Shown: piece by piece, positions 61,456 through 64,000 of the stretch
Layout of the letters: each line of letters begins with the position of its first letter
How positions within the stretch are numbered: position 1 is the stretch's first letter
The notes under the pieces: model-generated
Seen by the model: the letters and a program-made list of their open reading frames with translations, nothing else
Told to the model about the DNA's origin: nothing
The model's database searches: none
NCBI RefSeq assembly: GCF_018350175.1
Contig: NC_058368.1
Coordinates: 229,960,001-230,024,000, forward strand
Direction of reading: 5' to 3'
Length of the DNA: 64,000 bases
DNA from: Felis catus
Lineage: Eukaryota
Position numbers and translations under genes: made by a program

Positions 61456-61676
61456 GTTATTTATTTATTTGTCTGTTTATTTGTTTGCTTGTTTGTTTAT
61501 TCATAGGAGAGAGAATGAGTGGGGGAGAGGGGCAGAAGGAGAAAGGGAGAGAATCTCCAGCAGGCTCCACATTCAGCACAGAGCCCGACATGGGGCTGGA
61601 TCCCACGACCCTGGGGTTATGACCCGAGCTGAAATCAAGAGTGGGACCCTCAACTGACTGAGCCACCCAGGTGCCC
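61456..61676 (-). mobile_element. CanSINE
   Basis: Antisense SINE; flanks tggcacagt / tggcatagt. Confidence 0.93.
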
Positions 61677-63064
61677 TGGCATAGTTTTTAAAGCTTAGAT
61701 TAAAGCACCAATGGGTTCGTGAGTGGTGTGTGTGAGTGTGTGTGTGAATCTTCTCAGACTTCCACTTTCCTATTTGCATGAAATGCAGAATGCATAGTCT
61801 GGGGCAAGTATTTCATTTCATAAAAAGCATGCACCAGTGTATTTTTGTGGGTTGGATATGTGATGCCATAGCCTCCTATATCTGAGGTAGTGTTAATCTT
61901 GCTGCCTTTGCTGCTCTAAAGAGAGAACATTAATTACACGGTGGCAGTCACCAGAGACGAAGTCAGAGAGTCTAGCGAAACTGAAAGCACATTCCAAGAC
62001 CCAGCCACTTAACAACGTGTTAAGTGACTTAAACACCCTGAGTCTTCAATTTGTGTTGGTTGATGGAATATAATTTTGTAATTAGCAATGTGTACATTCC
62101 TAATATGATGGTGTTTTTATATAATCTCAATGAATTATGTAAATGACTTACCTGTACGCTTACATTTTAGTTTTTACCTCATCACTAAATACCACGCATG
62201 CTATAGTGTTCACTTTTAAAGACAATGCAATTAAAACCTTTAAATAATGTAATCAGGAGTCCACAACAAGCAATCAGCCTGAAATATGCAGTCAAATGGA
62301 ATAAGAGGCAAACACTGCTCAGTGTTTGCGGGAAGGTAGACAAGTTGTTATTGCCTTATTACGCAAGATGTGGGCACAAGTGTCCCTTTGCTGTGCTTGA
62401 AATGGGAAGCTCCATAGCCCTTCTCAGATTTTGGTTAGATTCATTTCCATTGTGGTCTCAAGGTTGATTTCATGGTAGGTATCTGATATACTAGCACTTT
62501 GTCTTAGTCTTTAATCGTTAATGATGATATCATTCTATACTAGTTAGCAGAATATTTTTTAAAAATACAGTATGTGGTCATCTTTTGGGTTCATATTGTT
62601 CTGTATGACTAGATTTTGGCTTTGCACTCATTTTTATTTCTGACTTCGACACCTGTGACCCTGCCTGCACGTGAGTCTAGTTGATTCCTAGGTCATCAGC
62701 ATAGTCGTATTCATCTCCTTCTGTGCTATCCCTGGACCATAAATCTAGGGCTGATTACTTCCAGGGGACTGATGGCTAAATCCTAGTCGACTAGCATTTG
62801 TGCTTCTACCTCGTATTCTCCTTGCTGAAGGAAGCTGCACTGACTTTTCTATTGGCCCCCCTTTCTTTGGTAGTAGCAGAATTTAGATGAGCATGTCCGT
62901 GTTCACACAAATGACTGTTTTACTCAGGATGTATTCAACTGCATTCCTTGTACTCCTCTTGAATGTGTATCTGGAGTGAAGAGAGTATGTTTGTAATTTT
63001 AGCTAAAGTTTAAAAATTAATTTATAGTCTGTATCTAAACTCTTAGCAAACACACTATTAGAAT

Positions 63065-63830
63065 TTTTTGTTGGCTTTATTGAGGTGTAATTTACAACTC
63101 ATAAAACTGTCCGATTTTAAGAGCATAATTCCACGAGTTTTAACTAATATATTTAGTCATGTGACCACCACCACCATCTGGATAGGAAACCTTGCCATCA
63201 CCCTGAAAAGTTCCCTTGTGCCACTTGAAAAATCAGTCCCCTCCGCCATCACCCCTTCCCCCCACCAACCATTGATTTGTTTTCTGTCATTCTACTTGTG
63301 TCTTTCCTAGAATTTCATGTACAGGGACTCAAAGAGTATTGCATCCTTTATGTCTGATTTCTTTTAGTTAGCATAATACTTTGAGATTCATCTAGGTTAT
63401 TGAGTGCATTAGTGTTGTATTAGTTTTCTTTTTTTTGCATAGTATTTTATTGTATTTGTTATCCAATCATCAGTTATTTCCATTTTTCATGAAGTATGAA
63501 TAAAGCTGTTAGTATCATTCAAGTGCAGGTTTTAGTGCAGAAATGAATTCATTCTCTTGGGCAGACACAGGAGGCAGAATGGCTGAGCCATATGCTAAGG
63601 GTATTTTTTTTTTTTAGGGAACTGCTGAACTGTTTTCTAAAATGCCTTGCCCATTTTGTTTTCCCTCTGGCAGTCTGCAAGCTTCAGTTCACCAACACTT
63701 GGTATTATCAGTCTTTTCCATTTGTAACAATTCTAGGAATTTGTTATGGTATCTCATTGTAGTTTGAATTTGCAATTCTCCAGTGTTTAAATATGTTGTG
63801 CATCTTTTAACATGCATATTTATCATTTGT
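63065..63830 (-). mobile_element. Old L1 (L1MB/ME-like) 3' end
   Basis: gctttattgaggtgtaatttaca...catcaccctgaaaagttcccttgtgcc...ttgagattcatc...ggtatctcattgtagtttgaatttgc. Confidence 0.85.
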
Positions 63831-63837
63831 ATATTTT

Positions 63838-63981
63838 ATTTTTTATTTTTATTTTTAATTTTTATTTTTTTATTATAGAGAGAGGGAGCAAGAATGCAAG
63901 TGGGGGAAAGGGCTAGAGGGGGAGAGAGAGAGAATCTTAAGCAGGCTCCACACTCACTTGACTGAACCACCTAGGCACCCC
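63838..63981 (-). mobile_element. Internally deleted CanSINE
   Basis: Antisense head and tail; TSD tgtatatttt on both sides. Confidence 0.9.
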
Positions 63982-64000
63982 TGTATATTTTGGTTTTTTG

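Noticed and set aside
3228..61779. Many similar 60-100 aa ORFs (MAQSV...VMISQF...SGSVLTAQSLEPASDSVSPSLS)
   Set aside because: Translations of CanSINE copies, not a gene family.

Overview
Mammalian, not microbial, DNA: a repeat-rich (roughly half mobile elements by eye), apparently intergenic or deep-intronic 64 kb segment of a cat-family genome. The assignment rests on about 33 tRNA-derived carnivore SINEs (CanSINE/SINEC_Fc-type, including very young Felinae-type copies) and felid/carnivore L1 sequences. No host protein-coding exon, RNA gene, CpG-island promoter or CRISPR array is supportable; the ORF-track entries I could attribute are SINE, L1, microsatellite or VNTR read-throughs. Other content: old L1M, L2, MIR and L3/CR1 fragments, MaLR/ERV solo LTRs, MER20, a fossil pogo/Tc2-type transposase and a compound VNTR. 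The best lead is a TSD-flanked minus-strand L1 at 31756-33087. It starts at the true L1 5' end, joins 158 nt of 5'UTR directly into ORF1 at a CAG|G junction that looks like a splice, and stops just after ORF1 with no ORF2, 3'UTR or poly(A): a candidate spliced, ORF1-only ('half-L1') retrocopy. Other retrotransposition oddities are a twin-priming inversion, a possible micro 3' transduction, a SINE-L1 fusion under one TSD, and a doubly hit endonuclease site. Family names come from my recall of consensus sequences, and boundaries of old elements are approximate; both need RepeatMasker/Dfam confirmation.
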